NCBI GenBank assembly: GCA_964579565.1
Contig: CAZOGG010000001.1
Span: 2,114-27,283 of the forward strand
Direction: 5' to 3'
Length of the DNA: 25,170 nucleotides
Source of the DNA: an uncultured Candidatus Saccharibacteria bacterium
Lineage (GTDB): Bacteria > Patescibacteriota > Minisyncoccia > Phycocordibacterales > PALSA-1337
Shown one piece after another: positions 1 to 9,284 of this stretch (the stretch's first letter is position 1; each line of letters starts with the position of its first letter). The translations under genes and the position numbers were made by a program. The notes beneath the pieces were generated by a model. That model was not told where the DNA came from and ran no database searches. It saw only the letters and a program-made list of their open reading frames with translations.

Positions 1-60
1 TGGATACACACTTGGGATGATATATGTAAGGAGATAATATCCTTGTATGGAAAAATATAA
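1..60 (+). CDS. 3' end of an upstream gene, probably a GT4 glycosyltransferase (partial, WIHTWDDICKEIISLYGKI*)
   Basis: Frame 1 is open from base 1 to TAA at 58-60 and overlaps the next start at 47. The TWD..I..LY ending resembles a GT4 C-terminal helix. Not in the ORF track because it is truncated. Confidence 0.55.
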   Translation, partial: WIHTWDDICKEIISLYGKI

Positions 61-1084
61 TACCGAATATAAAGATTACAAAAATCATATCGCAATTATG
101 ATCTCAACTGATCGCGGTATATTCAATGAGAGAAGTGCAGTAAGGGCAAGAATGTCAGAATATGCAAAAGGCTATAAAGAACTACATATAATAGTATTTG
201 CGACTAGGGGTTATGAGTCACAAGTAATAACTGATAATTGTTATGTTTATTCAACCAATTCAATATTTAAACTATTATATATTTTCGATGCATATATTCT
301 TGGAAAGAGAATAATTAAATTAATAAATAATGAAGATCAAATTCTTATTACTTGCCAAGATCCATTCGAGACAGGCTTGGTTGGTAGATTTTTGCATTAT
401 ATAAATAAAAAATCTGAATTATTATTACAAATTCATACAGATTTGTTCAGTCCTTATTTCACCAAGTATTTTGTTCTAAATAAAATTAGATTATTCATTT
501 CTAATTACACCTTGCCTTATGCTAATAATGTAAGAGTGGTATCAGAGAAAATAGCCAACTCACTTGTAGAAAAGGGTATTAATAAAAGCATAATAATTAT
601 TAAACCAATTGAGATCAATTCTGAATTTTTCAAGTCGAACTCTGTTAAATTTGATTTGAGAAATAAGTATAAGCAATTCAACAAGATAATCCTTGTAGTA
701 TCTAGATTAGAAAGAGAGAAGAATATTGATGGAGCAATGCGAGCATTCGCAATCGCAAAAACGGATTTACCAAATGTGGGTATGGTCATTGTTGGTTCTG
801 GTAGAGAAATGAGTGAATTGAAGAAATTATCTTATGAGCTTGGTATTTCTGAATCTGTTGTATTTGAGGGGTGGCAAACAGATTTGGTCTCATACTACAA
901 AGGTTCAGATGTACTACTGGTTACATCTTGGTATGAGGGTTATGGAGTTGTATTTAAAGAGGCAGAAGCAAGTAATTGTCGAATAATCTCTACTGATGTG
1001 GGAATTGCAAGGGAAGTCAATGCAAATATAACAACATGGGATAGTAGTGATATTGCAGATAAAATTGTTAAATTATTGAAATGA
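47..1084 (+). CDS. GT4 family glycosyltransferase (GT-B, 345 aa)
   Basis: VSRLEREKN, IVGSG, VFEGWQ and E-x7-E motif SWYEGYGVVFKE; ATGA overlap with next gene. Confidence 0.9.
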   Translation: MEKYNTEYKDYKNHIAIMISTDRGIFNERSAVRARMSEYAKGYKELHIIVFATRGYESQVITDNCYVYSTNSIFKLLYIFDAYILGKRIIKLINNEDQILITCQDPFETGLVGRFLHYINKKSELLLQIHTDLFSPYFTKYFVLNKIRLFISNYTLPYANNVRVVSEKIANSLVEKGINKSIIIIKPIEINSEFFKSNSVKFDLRNKYKQFNKIILVVSRLEREKNIDGAMRAFAIAKTDLPNVGMVIVGSGREMSELKKLSYELGISESVVFEGWQTDLVSYYKGSDVLLVTSWYEGYGVVFKEAEASNCRIISTDVGIAREVNANITTWDSSDIADKIVKLLK

Positions 1085-2091
1085 AATTACTGATAATTAC
1101 ACAAAAGGTTGATAGGAATGATCCAGTATTAGGATTCTTTCATCGTTGGATTGAAGTATTCTCTAAGAATTATGAGGAGGTTATTGTGATTTGTTTATTA
1201 CAAGGCGAGACAAAGTTACCTAATAATGTCAGGGTACTTTCACTCGGCAAAGAAAATGGCGAATCAAAAATAAAATACATAATTAATTTCTATAAATATA
1301 TAATTCAAGAGAGAGATAATTATGATAAGGTATTTGTTCATATGAATCAGGAATATATTCTATTAGCAGGAATAATTTGGAAGATTCTGAACAAGGATAT
1401 ATTTATGTGGAGAAATCATAATATTGGAAATGGATTGACTGATATTGCTGCATCGTTTTGCAAAAAAGTATTCTGTACCTCAAGGTTTTCATATACTGCA
1501 AAATATAAAAATACAGAATTAATGCCAGTAGGTGTGGACTTAGAAAATTTCAAGGCGAATCCAAATATTAATAGAATTCCAAATAGTATTCTATCGCTTG
1601 GTAGAATAGCGCCATCAAAGAATATAGATATATTGGTGGATGCATTAGTTGAAATGAAGAATACAGATATTGTAGCTAGTATTTATGGTGATTCATTATC
1701 TCAAGACAAGGCTTACTATAATGAATTAAAAAGAAAAGGTGAAAATCATGTGGATTTCTATAAAGGTATTCCAAATACTGAGACGATCAAGGTGTATTCT
1801 GCTTATGGTATCTTTGTAAACCTGTCATCTAGTGGTATGTATGATAAAACTATTTTCGAAGCTATAGCTTGTGGCTGTCTTATTTTAGCTTCAAATGATA
1901 ATCTTAGAGGGCAAATAAGTGATGATTTTATTTTCCATGAAAGAGATAAAGCTGAATTTATTTCAAAACTTAATAAATTATTGAGTTATAGTGATAAACA
2001 GATTGCTGAGGCTAGGGTTGAATTGAATAATTTTGTTAAGAATCATAGTCTTAATAGCCTTGGTCAAAAACTTTACGATAGTATAAAATAG
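1081..2091 (+). CDS. GT4 family glycosyltransferase (336 aa)
   Basis: LGRIAPSKNID, FVNLSSSGMYDKTIFEAIACG (variant of the GT4 nucleotide-binding motif), PVGVD. Confidence 0.88.
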   Translation: MKLLIITQKVDRNDPVLGFFHRWIEVFSKNYEEVIVICLLQGETKLPNNVRVLSLGKENGESKIKYIINFYKYIIQERDNYDKVFVHMNQEYILLAGIIWKILNKDIFMWRNHNIGNGLTDIAASFCKKVFCTSRFSYTAKYKNTELMPVGVDLENFKANPNINRIPNSILSLGRIAPSKNIDILVDALVEMKNTDIVASIYGDSLSQDKAYYNELKRKGENHVDFYKGIPNTETIKVYSAYGIFVNLSSSGMYDKTIFEAIACGCLILASNDNLRGQISDDFIFHERDKAEFISKLNKLLSYSDKQIAEARVELNNFVKNHSLNSLGQKLYDSIK

Positions 2092-2097
2092 AATCTT

Positions 2098-3147
2098 ATG
2101 AAAATAGCCGTAGTCGGAGCGGGAATATTCGGGTCAACAATCGCTATTGCATTAGCGAAGAAGGGTTATAGTGTTGAGCTTTTCGAGAAAGAATCAGATA
2201 TAATGCAAGCTGCTTCTGGAATAAATCAATTCAGACTACATAGAGGTTATCATTATCCGAGAAGTGCCAGTACAGCTATTTCATCTAGAGATGGTGAGGC
2301 TAGCTTTAGAGAAGAGTATGGTGATGCTGTAATTGATGATAACGAACATTATTATTGTATTGCCTCTGCAAAGAGCAAGACGAGTAAAGAACAATTTATA
2401 GATTTTTGTAAAAGGTGTAATCTCGAATACTCAATAGTTGAATTACCGCATGCAGATAGTAAAGCACATGAATTAGCAGTTAAAGTTAAAGAGTCATTAA
2501 TTGATTATCCATTATTAAAAAGTATTGTTTGGAGTAAGCTAATTGGAAATAAGGTTAAAACGTATTTTAATAAGATATTTTCTCTAGATGAAAGTGATCA
2601 TGATCTTGTTGTGAATTGTACATATGCAAATTTGAATTCTATTTATCTTGATAATTCTCATACTCCAAAAGAATACCAATTCGAGGTTTGTGAGAAGCCA
2701 CTTATAAAGTTACCCCAAGAATTCTATAGAAAGAGCATTGTAATACTTGATGGCCCATTCTTCTGTATTGATCCATATGGAAGAACAGATATGCATCTTA
2801 CGGGTAATGTTGTGCATGCAATTCATGCAACAAATACAGGTATCAAGCCAAATATTCCTGATTCAATTAAGAGTATGTTGAATAAGGGGATTATCAGAAA
2901 TCCTTCAAAAACGAATTTCAATAAGTTCATAGAATCAGCAATAGAAATAATGCCAGAAATGAAAAGAGCCGAACATGTCGGCTCTATGTACACAGTTCGT
3001 ACAGTTCTACCAAATACAGACAAAACAGATGAGAGACCAACTGTTGTGTCTCGAGTGAATGATCGAGTCATTCATGTTTTCTCTGGTAAGATAGGGAATT
3101 GCGTCGATGCCTCAAGACAAGTTGTGAAGATGATTGAGGTCCTATAG
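2098..3147 (+). CDS. FAD-dependent oxidoreductase, DAO-like (349 aa)
   Basis: N-terminal Rossmann motif VVGAGIFG...LFEK; ASGINQFRLHRGYHYPRS flavin-proximal motif; C-terminal VFSGKI. Confidence 0.85.
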   Translation: MKIAVVGAGIFGSTIAIALAKKGYSVELFEKESDIMQAASGINQFRLHRGYHYPRSASTAISSRDGEASFREEYGDAVIDDNEHYYCIASAKSKTSKEQFIDFCKRCNLEYSIVELPHADSKAHELAVKVKESLIDYPLLKSIVWSKLIGNKVKTYFNKIFSLDESDHDLVVNCTYANLNSIYLDNSHTPKEYQFEVCEKPLIKLPQEFYRKSIVILDGPFFCIDPYGRTDMHLTGNVVHAIHATNTGIKPNIPDSIKSMLNKGIIRNPSKTNFNKFIESAIEIMPEMKRAEHVGSMYTVRTVLPNTDKTDERPTVVSRVNDRVIHVFSGKIGNCVDASRQVVKMIEVL

Positions 3148-4044
3148 ATCCTTAATTGTTCTTAGTATTTCTACTGCGAACTGGCCGTTTACACGGACTT
3201 CCTCTTCACCATTCAATGCCTTTGCAAAATTGGTTAACTCCAGATCGAGGGCAGGTGTTGTTGGTATTTCAATTGCGATCGGCAAGTTGGTTTGCCCTCT
3301 GCGTGAGACCATTAGGCTGTTATTATTCCAAATGTAAATATTGTCACTTGTAACAATTGTTACTAACTTTCTTTTGTCGGTTGAGATTCTGTTGATGTTT
3401 GATGATATTGATACTCTATCTTTGCTTACGCATTGCAAATTAACAATATCATCTTTTGTATCATCGATCCCCGGCTTCATTGTTATATTTATGCTGTCCG
3501 TGTCGATTTCAATCTCAAGAGCTTGTACAAGTGACAAGTCATGAGTTAGCAGGTTCTCAACGATGTTCTCACCGAAGCTACCCCACTTATTCCACTCAAA
3601 ATCGATACTCTCTATCACCTCACTCTCAAGTACTTGCTTGAGATATGTGAAAGCTGGGTGATGCACGAATACATATCCAACACATAGAATAAGGTTGTTA
3701 GCCTTAGCTATGTCGCATAACTCCTGCATGCTCTCAACTGACTGTGTTCCTGGCTTTTCCAAGAAGACATGCTTGCCAGCTCTCAGTGCTTGCTCAGCAA
3801 TCGAATAGTGAGTAATGATAGGTGTTGCTATAACAAACGCATCAACATCGACATTATTCAGTATGTCATTGTAGCTATCTGCGAATTGAATTTGAGGGTG
3901 GGTAGTCTTCAGCCAGTCCTGATTCTCGGCACCACCATTGCTGAAGCAATGAGAGACATTGTATCCAAGCTTTACAAGCGTATTTACGAGGTTCTTACCC
4001 CATCTGCCAATACCTATAACTGCTACTTTTGGGTTTTTGTTCAT
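3142..4044 (-). CDS. Gfo/Idh/MocA family NAD(P)-dependent oxidoreductase (300 aa)
   Basis: VAVIGIGRWG, ATP..H, ALRAGKHVFLEKP, VGY, and LLTHDLS catalytic-loop motif. Confidence 0.9.
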   Translation of the reverse strand: MNKNPKVAVIGIGRWGKNLVNTLVKLGYNVSHCFSNGGAENQDWLKTTHPQIQFADSYNDILNNVDVDAFVIATPIITHYSIAEQALRAGKHVFLEKPGTQSVESMQELCDIAKANNLILCVGYVFVHHPAFTYLKQVLESEVIESIDFEWNKWGSFGENIVENLLTHDLSLVQALEIEIDTDSINITMKPGIDDTKDDIVNLQCVSKDRVSISSNINRISTDKRKLVTIVTSDNIYIWNNNSLMVSRRGQTNLPIAIEIPTTPALDLELTNFAKALNGEEEVRVNGQFAVEILRTIKDL

Positions 4045-4053
4045 CTATGTTGT

Positions 4054-4087
4054 ATTATATGGATATTAACCATTTTAGCAATAAAAT
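4054..4087. promoter_or_regulatory. Divergent sigma70-type promoters: minus strand TTGCTA(4076-4081)-16 bp-TATAAT(4054-4059); plus strand TAAAAT (4082-4087)
   Basis: Consensus-like boxes in the 49-bp gap between divergent genes; the -10 boxes lie 9 nt and 6 nt from the respective ATGs. Confidence 0.5.
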
Positions 4088-4093
4088 ACCATA

Positions 4094-5212
4094 ATGAAAA
4101 TTCTACTTGCAGCAGGTATATTCTATCCGGATGTTGGAGGTCCAGCTATTCATGTTAGAAAGATTGCTGAAGCCCTGATCACTAATGGGTATGATGTAAC
4201 AGTTATTGCATATGGTGATGATAAGACTAATAAGAAATTTCCATTTAATGTTGTAAGAGTTTCTAGAAATAATAATAAAATTATTCAATGGCTTAAGTAT
4301 CAATATTTAGCATTGAAATATGCTTTCTCATGCAAGATAGTATATGCCTTTGATCCGACAGCAGCAGGTATACCTGCACGTATCGCTGCTTTCATTTTCC
4401 GAAGACCATTTATTATCAGAATTGGCGGAGATCCTATATGGGAAAGGGTGGTGGAGAAGAACCAAAGATTCCTATCAATTGTAGATTATTATAAGGGTGG
4501 ATTTTATAAGATTGATAAGCCAATTTTGTTTTGGTTAATTAAGAAGCTCCTATCTAAAGCGGATAAGATAGTTGTATACGGTCAATTCTTCAAAGATTTC
4601 TATGTTAGTTATTTCAACGCAAATCCTAATAATATTACTATAATCAAAAATCCAGTTCTTCAAACAGAGAAGGCTAGTGATGTTATTTCTGATGATCCAA
4701 CTATTCTATTCGCTGGTAGATTTGTAAGCTACAAGAATCTTCCTCTGGTGATAAGGGTTATATCGAAAGTCAGAAGTAAAATTAAAAAGGGAAATTTGTT
4801 GTTGATTGGATCTGGTCCTGAGAAGAGTAGTTTATTAGATTTAGTAGTGGAGTTAAATGCGAAAAATTATGTAATATTTCAAGATTCATTACCTCAAGAG
4901 GAACTGTTTAAAAAGATTAGAAATTCAGCAATCTGCATTGGGCCTGCATTATCTGAATTTAATCCTAATTTTATTCTGGAATCTCTTTCGCTCGGTAAAC
5001 CGGTACTTCTAACAAAGGGTAATGGTCTTTCGATATCTTTACCAGAAGAAATGCTATTTGATCCATTCGATGAGAATGAATTAGAAAGTAAAATTATAGA
5101 AATTATTAACAATTACAAAGAATCAGTAAATACAGTCAATAATCTTCCTCTTAATCAGAGTTGGGATAATGTTATAGATGCACATATGTCGATTATAAAA
5201 AGTTTTAAATGA
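4094..5212 (+). CDS. GT4 family glycosyltransferase (372 aa)
   Basis: YPDVGGPA N-terminal loop, FAGRFVSYKN, IGSGPE, SEFNPNFILESLSLGKPV. Confidence 0.9.
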   Translation: MKILLAAGIFYPDVGGPAIHVRKIAEALITNGYDVTVIAYGDDKTNKKFPFNVVRVSRNNNKIIQWLKYQYLALKYAFSCKIVYAFDPTAAGIPARIAAFIFRRPFIIRIGGDPIWERVVEKNQRFLSIVDYYKGGFYKIDKPILFWLIKKLLSKADKIVVYGQFFKDFYVSYFNANPNNITIIKNPVLQTEKASDVISDDPTILFAGRFVSYKNLPLVIRVISKVRSKIKKGNLLLIGSGPEKSSLLDLVVELNAKNYVIFQDSLPQEELFKKIRNSAICIGPALSEFNPNFILESLSLGKPVLLTKGNGLSISLPEEMLFDPFDENELESKIIEIINNYKESVNTVNNLPLNQSWDNVIDAHMSIIKSFK

Positions 5213-5218
5213 TATAAT
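5210..5218 (+). promoter_or_regulatory. Extended -10 promoter TGATATAAT overlapping the GT4 stop codon
   Basis: Perfect TGnTATAAT, 9 nt before the GtrA ATG at 5228. Confidence 0.5.
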
Positions 5219-5227
5219 TAAAATCTT

Positions 5228-5650
5228 ATGAAAGAAATAGTAAATAAGGTTTGGACTGAAAGATATAAGATAATAAGATTTCTCTTTTCTGGAGCAGTCG
5301 GAGCAGGAACCAATCTATTGATACTTTATGTGCTTACAGATTTATTAAATATATATTATGTTATTTCTGTAATAATATCTTTTATCTTGGCTACTACAGT
5401 CAGCTTTATTATGCAGAAGTTCTGGACATTTCAGGATTCTTCAAAAGAGGTTATACATAATCAAGCATTAATATTTACAATAGTTGCTGTAATTAATTTA
5501 TTTATTAATACTTACATTGTTTATGCTTTTGTTGAATTTGCCAATTTCCATTACTTAATAGGTCAAGTATTCGCTAGTATTATAGTTGCATTCGAAAGTT
5601 ACTTTGTTTATAAGATATTTATTTTTAAATTATCTAATAGGTCTATCTAA
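5228..5650 (+). CDS. GtrA family membrane protein (putative lipid-linked sugar flippase, 140 aa)
   Basis: Four hydrophobic segments; RFLFSGAVG.GTNL and SFIMQKFWTF GtrA signatures. Confidence 0.9.
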   Translation: MKEIVNKVWTERYKIIRFLFSGAVGAGTNLLILYVLTDLLNIYYVISVIISFILATTVSFIMQKFWTFQDSSKEVIHNQALIFTIVAVINLFINTYIVYAFVEFANFHYLIGQVFASIIVAFESYFVYKIFIFKLSNRSI

Positions 5651-6323
5651 AAAACTCCTTTAATAAGACGATAATACCTTTAATTCCATCCCTATATTTT
5701 ATTTTCTTACCTTCCTTAACCGATCTTGGTTTATGAGATATTGGCACTTCGGAAATTTTGTAACCCTTTTTTGCAACTCTAGCCGAGAATATTAATTCTG
5801 AATCAAATCCACCAGAGACAAACTGATCAGATACTTCTCTTGGAAATAACTTATAACATGTCCAAAGGTCAGTTAATTTAGAATTGAAAAGGAAATTAAA
5901 TTGCTTAGTTACAAACCACACACCCATTCTTGGTATATACATACCGCTTCTTTTGACATGATGTAGATTCCTAGAACCATAAATAATATTTTTGGGATTT
6001 CTGTCTAATTCTTCGACTAATAATTTGATTTCCGTAGGTTCATACTCTAGATCCGCATCTTGAATAATCAGATAATCACCAGTTGAATGACTTATACCTG
6101 TTTTAACCGCACTACCTTTACCACCATTCTTGTCATGAAAGATGATTTTGTATTTATCCTTATGTTTATTGAGAATATCTCTTGTTCCATCCTTTGATCC
6201 ATCGTCAACTACGATTATTTCTATTTTCCAATTAGGAATATTGAGACTAGAAACTTTGTTTAACAACGTCTCAATGGTGTTTTTTTCGTTATAACATGGA
6301 ATTATGACAGATAACGTTTTCAT
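5643..6323 (-). CDS. GT2 glycosyltransferase, DPM1-like polyprenyl-phosphate sugar synthase (226 aa)
   Basis: VIIPCYNE, VVDDGSKDGT, NGGKGSAV, QDADLEY (DxD), C-terminal EVPISHKPR...GKKI...DG. Confidence 0.9.
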   Translation of the reverse strand: MKTLSVIIPCYNEKNTIETLLNKVSSLNIPNWKIEIIVVDDGSKDGTRDILNKHKDKYKIIFHDKNGGKGSAVKTGISHSTGDYLIIQDADLEYEPTEIKLLVEELDRNPKNIIYGSRNLHHVKRSGMYIPRMGVWFVTKQFNFLFNSKLTDLWTCYKLFPREVSDQFVSGGFDSELIFSARVAKKGYKISEVPISHKPRSVKEGKKIKYRDGIKGIIVLLKEFFR

Positions 6324-6325
6324 CG

Positions 6326-6346
6326 TATAATTGTGACATTATAACA
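6326..6346. promoter_or_regulatory. Divergent -10 boxes: plus TATAAT (6326-6331); minus extended TGTTATAAT (6338-6346)
   Basis: Two perfect TATAAT hexamers facing away from each other in a 35-bp divergent gap. Confidence 0.5.
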
Positions 6347-6358
6347 AAAAAACGAAAA

Positions 6359-6952
6359 ATGACATCCTATCAAAAATTTATTGATGAAAAGATGGTTTTG
6401 ATTAGTAAAGAGAAGATAGTTCTTGATATTGGTGGTGGAGACCGTTTCCAGAAATGGCTATTACCTTATAAAGACCTATTTAAGAACTGTGACTATAAGA
6501 CTATGGATTATGATGATAAGACCGGAGCTGATGTAATAGGTGATATCCACGCTATACCTCTCAAGGATAATGTAATAGATGCCATAATATGTAGTTCGGT
6601 GCTAGAACATGTTAAGGACCCCATTAGGGCAGTTTTGGAGTTAAAAAGAGTATTAAAGCCTAATGGTAAGCTATTTCTATATGTTCCATCAATCTACCCA
6701 TATCATGCCCGAAAGGGATATTATCCAGACTACTGGAGATTCTTCGATGATTCATTAATGTTTATGTTCGAAGGATTCTCTAAGGTTGAATTAATAAAGG
6801 CTGGAGGATATTTCAAGGCCTTGTCATTCTTTTTCCCTATGCAGCATAAACTCAAATTTATTTTGCATCCATTGACTACTGCACTTGATAAGATATTCAG
6901 AACAGAGAAGAGAACAACAACTTATGGTTATTATTTATACGCGATAAAATAA
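6359..6952 (+). CDS. Class I SAM-dependent methyltransferase, type 11-like (197 aa)
   Basis: VLDIGGG motif I, GDIHAIPL, SSVLEHVKDP, RVLKPNG. Confidence 0.88.
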   Translation: MTSYQKFIDEKMVLISKEKIVLDIGGGDRFQKWLLPYKDLFKNCDYKTMDYDDKTGADVIGDIHAIPLKDNVIDAIICSSVLEHVKDPIRAVLELKRVLKPNGKLFLYVPSIYPYHARKGYYPDYWRFFDDSLMFMFEGFSKVELIKAGGYFKALSFFFPMQHKLKFILHPLTTALDKIFRTEKRTTTYGYYLYAIK

Positions 6953-6956
6953 TAAA

Positions 6957-7637
6957 ATGAAAAAAATACTTAAAAAATTAATAGAGAAAACTGGGTATTC
7001 AATTGTTAGAAATAATGTGAGAAATGATTTTGTATCATGGGCTAATGACTCTGAATTTGAAAGTAATTATATTAAGGTGAAGCCTTACACAATGCTTGAT
7101 AGAGATAGATTATATATGATTTGGCAGTTTGCTAGACAAGCACGCTCCTTCCCAGGATCTATGGCACAAGTCGGAGTATTCAGAGGTGGTTCTGCTAGAT
7201 TAGTTGATTATGCTAAAGAGGGTAATGGACATTCTTTCTATATATTCGATACCTTTCAAGGTATGCCTAAGGTTAATGAAGAAATAGATTTGCATAAAGA
7301 GGGTGATTTCATTAATACTTCGATTGAATCCGTTAAGGCTATATTCTCAGGTGATAAGGATACAATATTCTGCCAAGGAATTTTCCCTGATACTTCCGAG
7401 CCAGCAAAGAATGATAAGTTCTCATTCGTCTATATTGATGTTGATATTTATCAATCTGTTCTAGATTCTTTGATTTTCTTCTATCCTAGGATGTTGCAAG
7501 GTGGGTTTATGATGTTTGATGATTATATGGGTAAGAATACTCCAGGAGTGAAGTTGGCATTAGATGAATTCCTATCAAACAAAATTGAAAAGCCTATAAT
7601 TACAACTGTAGGGCAATGCGTTCTAATTAAGCAGTAG
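6957..7637 (+). CDS. TylF/MycF/NovP family sugar O-methyltransferase (226 aa)
   Basis: PYTML, PGSMAQVGVFRGGS, IFDTFQGMP, VYIDVDIYQS, GGFMMFDDY. Confidence 0.88.
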   Translation: MKKILKKLIEKTGYSIVRNNVRNDFVSWANDSEFESNYIKVKPYTMLDRDRLYMIWQFARQARSFPGSMAQVGVFRGGSARLVDYAKEGNGHSFYIFDTFQGMPKVNEEIDLHKEGDFINTSIESVKAIFSGDKDTIFCQGIFPDTSEPAKNDKFSFVYIDVDIYQSVLDSLIFFYPRMLQGGFMMFDDYMGKNTPGVKLALDEFLSNKIEKPIITTVGQCVLIKQ

Positions 7638-9284
7638 CTTGTATATTTCTATTTCTGGACCGAATTCACTTATTGTAAATAAAGGTTTTAAATTTGGTCC
7701 GATTTCTGTTTTTGCCAATGAATAACTACTTTCATTATTTCCAAAATTAGCAACCAATTCAGCATTCTTAGTTAACTCCTTCACTTTCAATAGTTGGTCT
7801 GCATTGTTTAGAAAATCTAATTTTGAAATAACTAGATACGTATAGTTATTCTTTTTTGCGTAATTAACTATTCCATTATAGAAGTTTTCATTTCTGACAT
7901 TGTATAGATTTAATGCATTAAATGTTTTGTAGTTTTGTAGTTTTGAATTTAATTCCTTTTCGTTCTTGTCGTTTGTTCTTAGAGATGTTGGATCTATGAA
8001 TTCCTGCTCAAGTATTCCAGATCGGGTATTAGGAAGCCTCATAAGATTGGCATAGACTATTATCTTATCCTCTGGCTTTGTATTCTGCTCTAGCCAGTTC
8101 ATTGCAATTACTCTGCTATCATTTCTTGATCCTAATATACTAATTCTAACTGATAGTGTTACAAGTATAATTGCACAGATAACTAAAATCATTTTAGAAT
8201 TCTTTGCAGAGAATTTCTCTGTTATTTCATTTATTCCATAACTTGCACCTATAGTTAGTAGCAGTAATAGTGGCAACAAGAATCTATATTCAAATCTAAA
8301 GAATGTGTAGAAAACCAAACTATAGACTATAGTAAATAATATTGTCGTTAAATAGAAATTCCTATTCTTCTTAATTCCAAATACTAGACCAATAATAAAT
8401 AATAGGGAAATTAATGGTTCAGTCATTAAGAATGATATTGGAAACATTAACGGACTAGATAGATATCCAAATATTGATTTGCCATCGTGCAGTGTCATAT
8501 CGGGTGCAAACCCAAGGCTTGCAGGATAAAGCATGACTGGAATTAATGATAATCCAATAATAATTAATGCAACCTTATACATCATAGGATCAATAAACAT
8601 TTTAAAAGCGCTTCTTTTCTCATAAAAGATATACCAAAAAATCATAATGAATGAGAATAATATGACTATTGTACTTACTCCTGTCCCTATACCAATTATA
8701 ATTGCAGATATATAGAATCTTTTGTTTAGTGGCCAATTTCCTTTGGTTAATACATAAAGGCCAAGTGTAAAGAAGAATAATATTGGCATCCAATGTTTGC
8801 CTGTTATAGAAAGTGAAATATGCATTAAGCTCGTTGAGAATATTAGAGCAGAGAAGATCGCACTCCATTTATTCTTGATTAGATTTTCGGTGATTTTGTA
8901 TACAAGAATTATGGTCAATAGACTTATTGAAATTGTCATTACTCTGGCAGTAATAAAGAAAATTGAAGGATCACTAGAAATAACTGTTTGTAATTCAGAA
9001 AGTGAACCTGGAAACATTATGTACTTTATTGCAATTACAATTAGAAAGAATGGTAAATATAAATATGAAATATATGGAGGATAATAGAAAAATGGCTTGA
9101 AAGCCTCTTCATGCAATACTGGTAAAACAGTTTTTAATTGCATCATTTTCAATGTTGCAAGAACAAAAGGTGGCTCATCGTTATATACCCAAAATGGTAA
9201 TCCATACTTGATCATTATGAGTCTAATGATCGTTGAGAATATTAATATATAGGTTAATGGATGCTTTAAGATATTTTTAAACAT
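7623..9284 (-). CDS. GT-C superfamily membrane glycosyltransferase, ArnT/PMT-like (553 aa)
   Basis: Many TM segments; acidic DE pair in the first external loop (GLPFWVYNDEP), ARVMTISIS, EYRFLLPLLLLL, soluble C-terminal domain. Confidence 0.8.
   Translation of the reverse strand: MFKNILKHPLTYILIFSTIIRLIMIKYGLPFWVYNDEPPFVLATLKMMQLKTVLPVLHEEAFKPFFYYPPYISYLYLPFFLIVIAIKYIMFPGSLSELQTVISSDPSIFFITARVMTISISLLTIILVYKITENLIKNKWSAIFSALIFSTSLMHISLSITGKHWMPILFFFTLGLYVLTKGNWPLNKRFYISAIIIGIGTGVSTIVILFSFIMIFWYIFYEKRSAFKMFIDPMMYKVALIIIGLSLIPVMLYPASLGFAPDMTLHDGKSIFGYLSSPLMFPISFLMTEPLISLLFIIGLVFGIKKNRNFYLTTILFTIVYSLVFYTFFRFEYRFLLPLLLLLTIGASYGINEITEKFSAKNSKMILVICAIILVTLSVRISILGSRNDSRVIAMNWLEQNTKPEDKIIVYANLMRLPNTRSGILEQEFIDPTSLRTNDKNEKELNSKLQNYKTFNALNLYNVRNENFYNGIVNYAKKNNYTYLVISKLDFLNNADQLLKVKELTKNAELVANFGNNESSYSLAKTEIGPNLKPLFTISEFGPEIEIYKLLLN

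Noticed and set aside
28-44. AAGGAG as a Shine-Dalgarno site within a small AAGGA/TCCTT inverted repeat
   Set aside because: 13 nt from the ATG, inside the upstream coding frame, and only a 5-bp stem; not distinguishable from chance.
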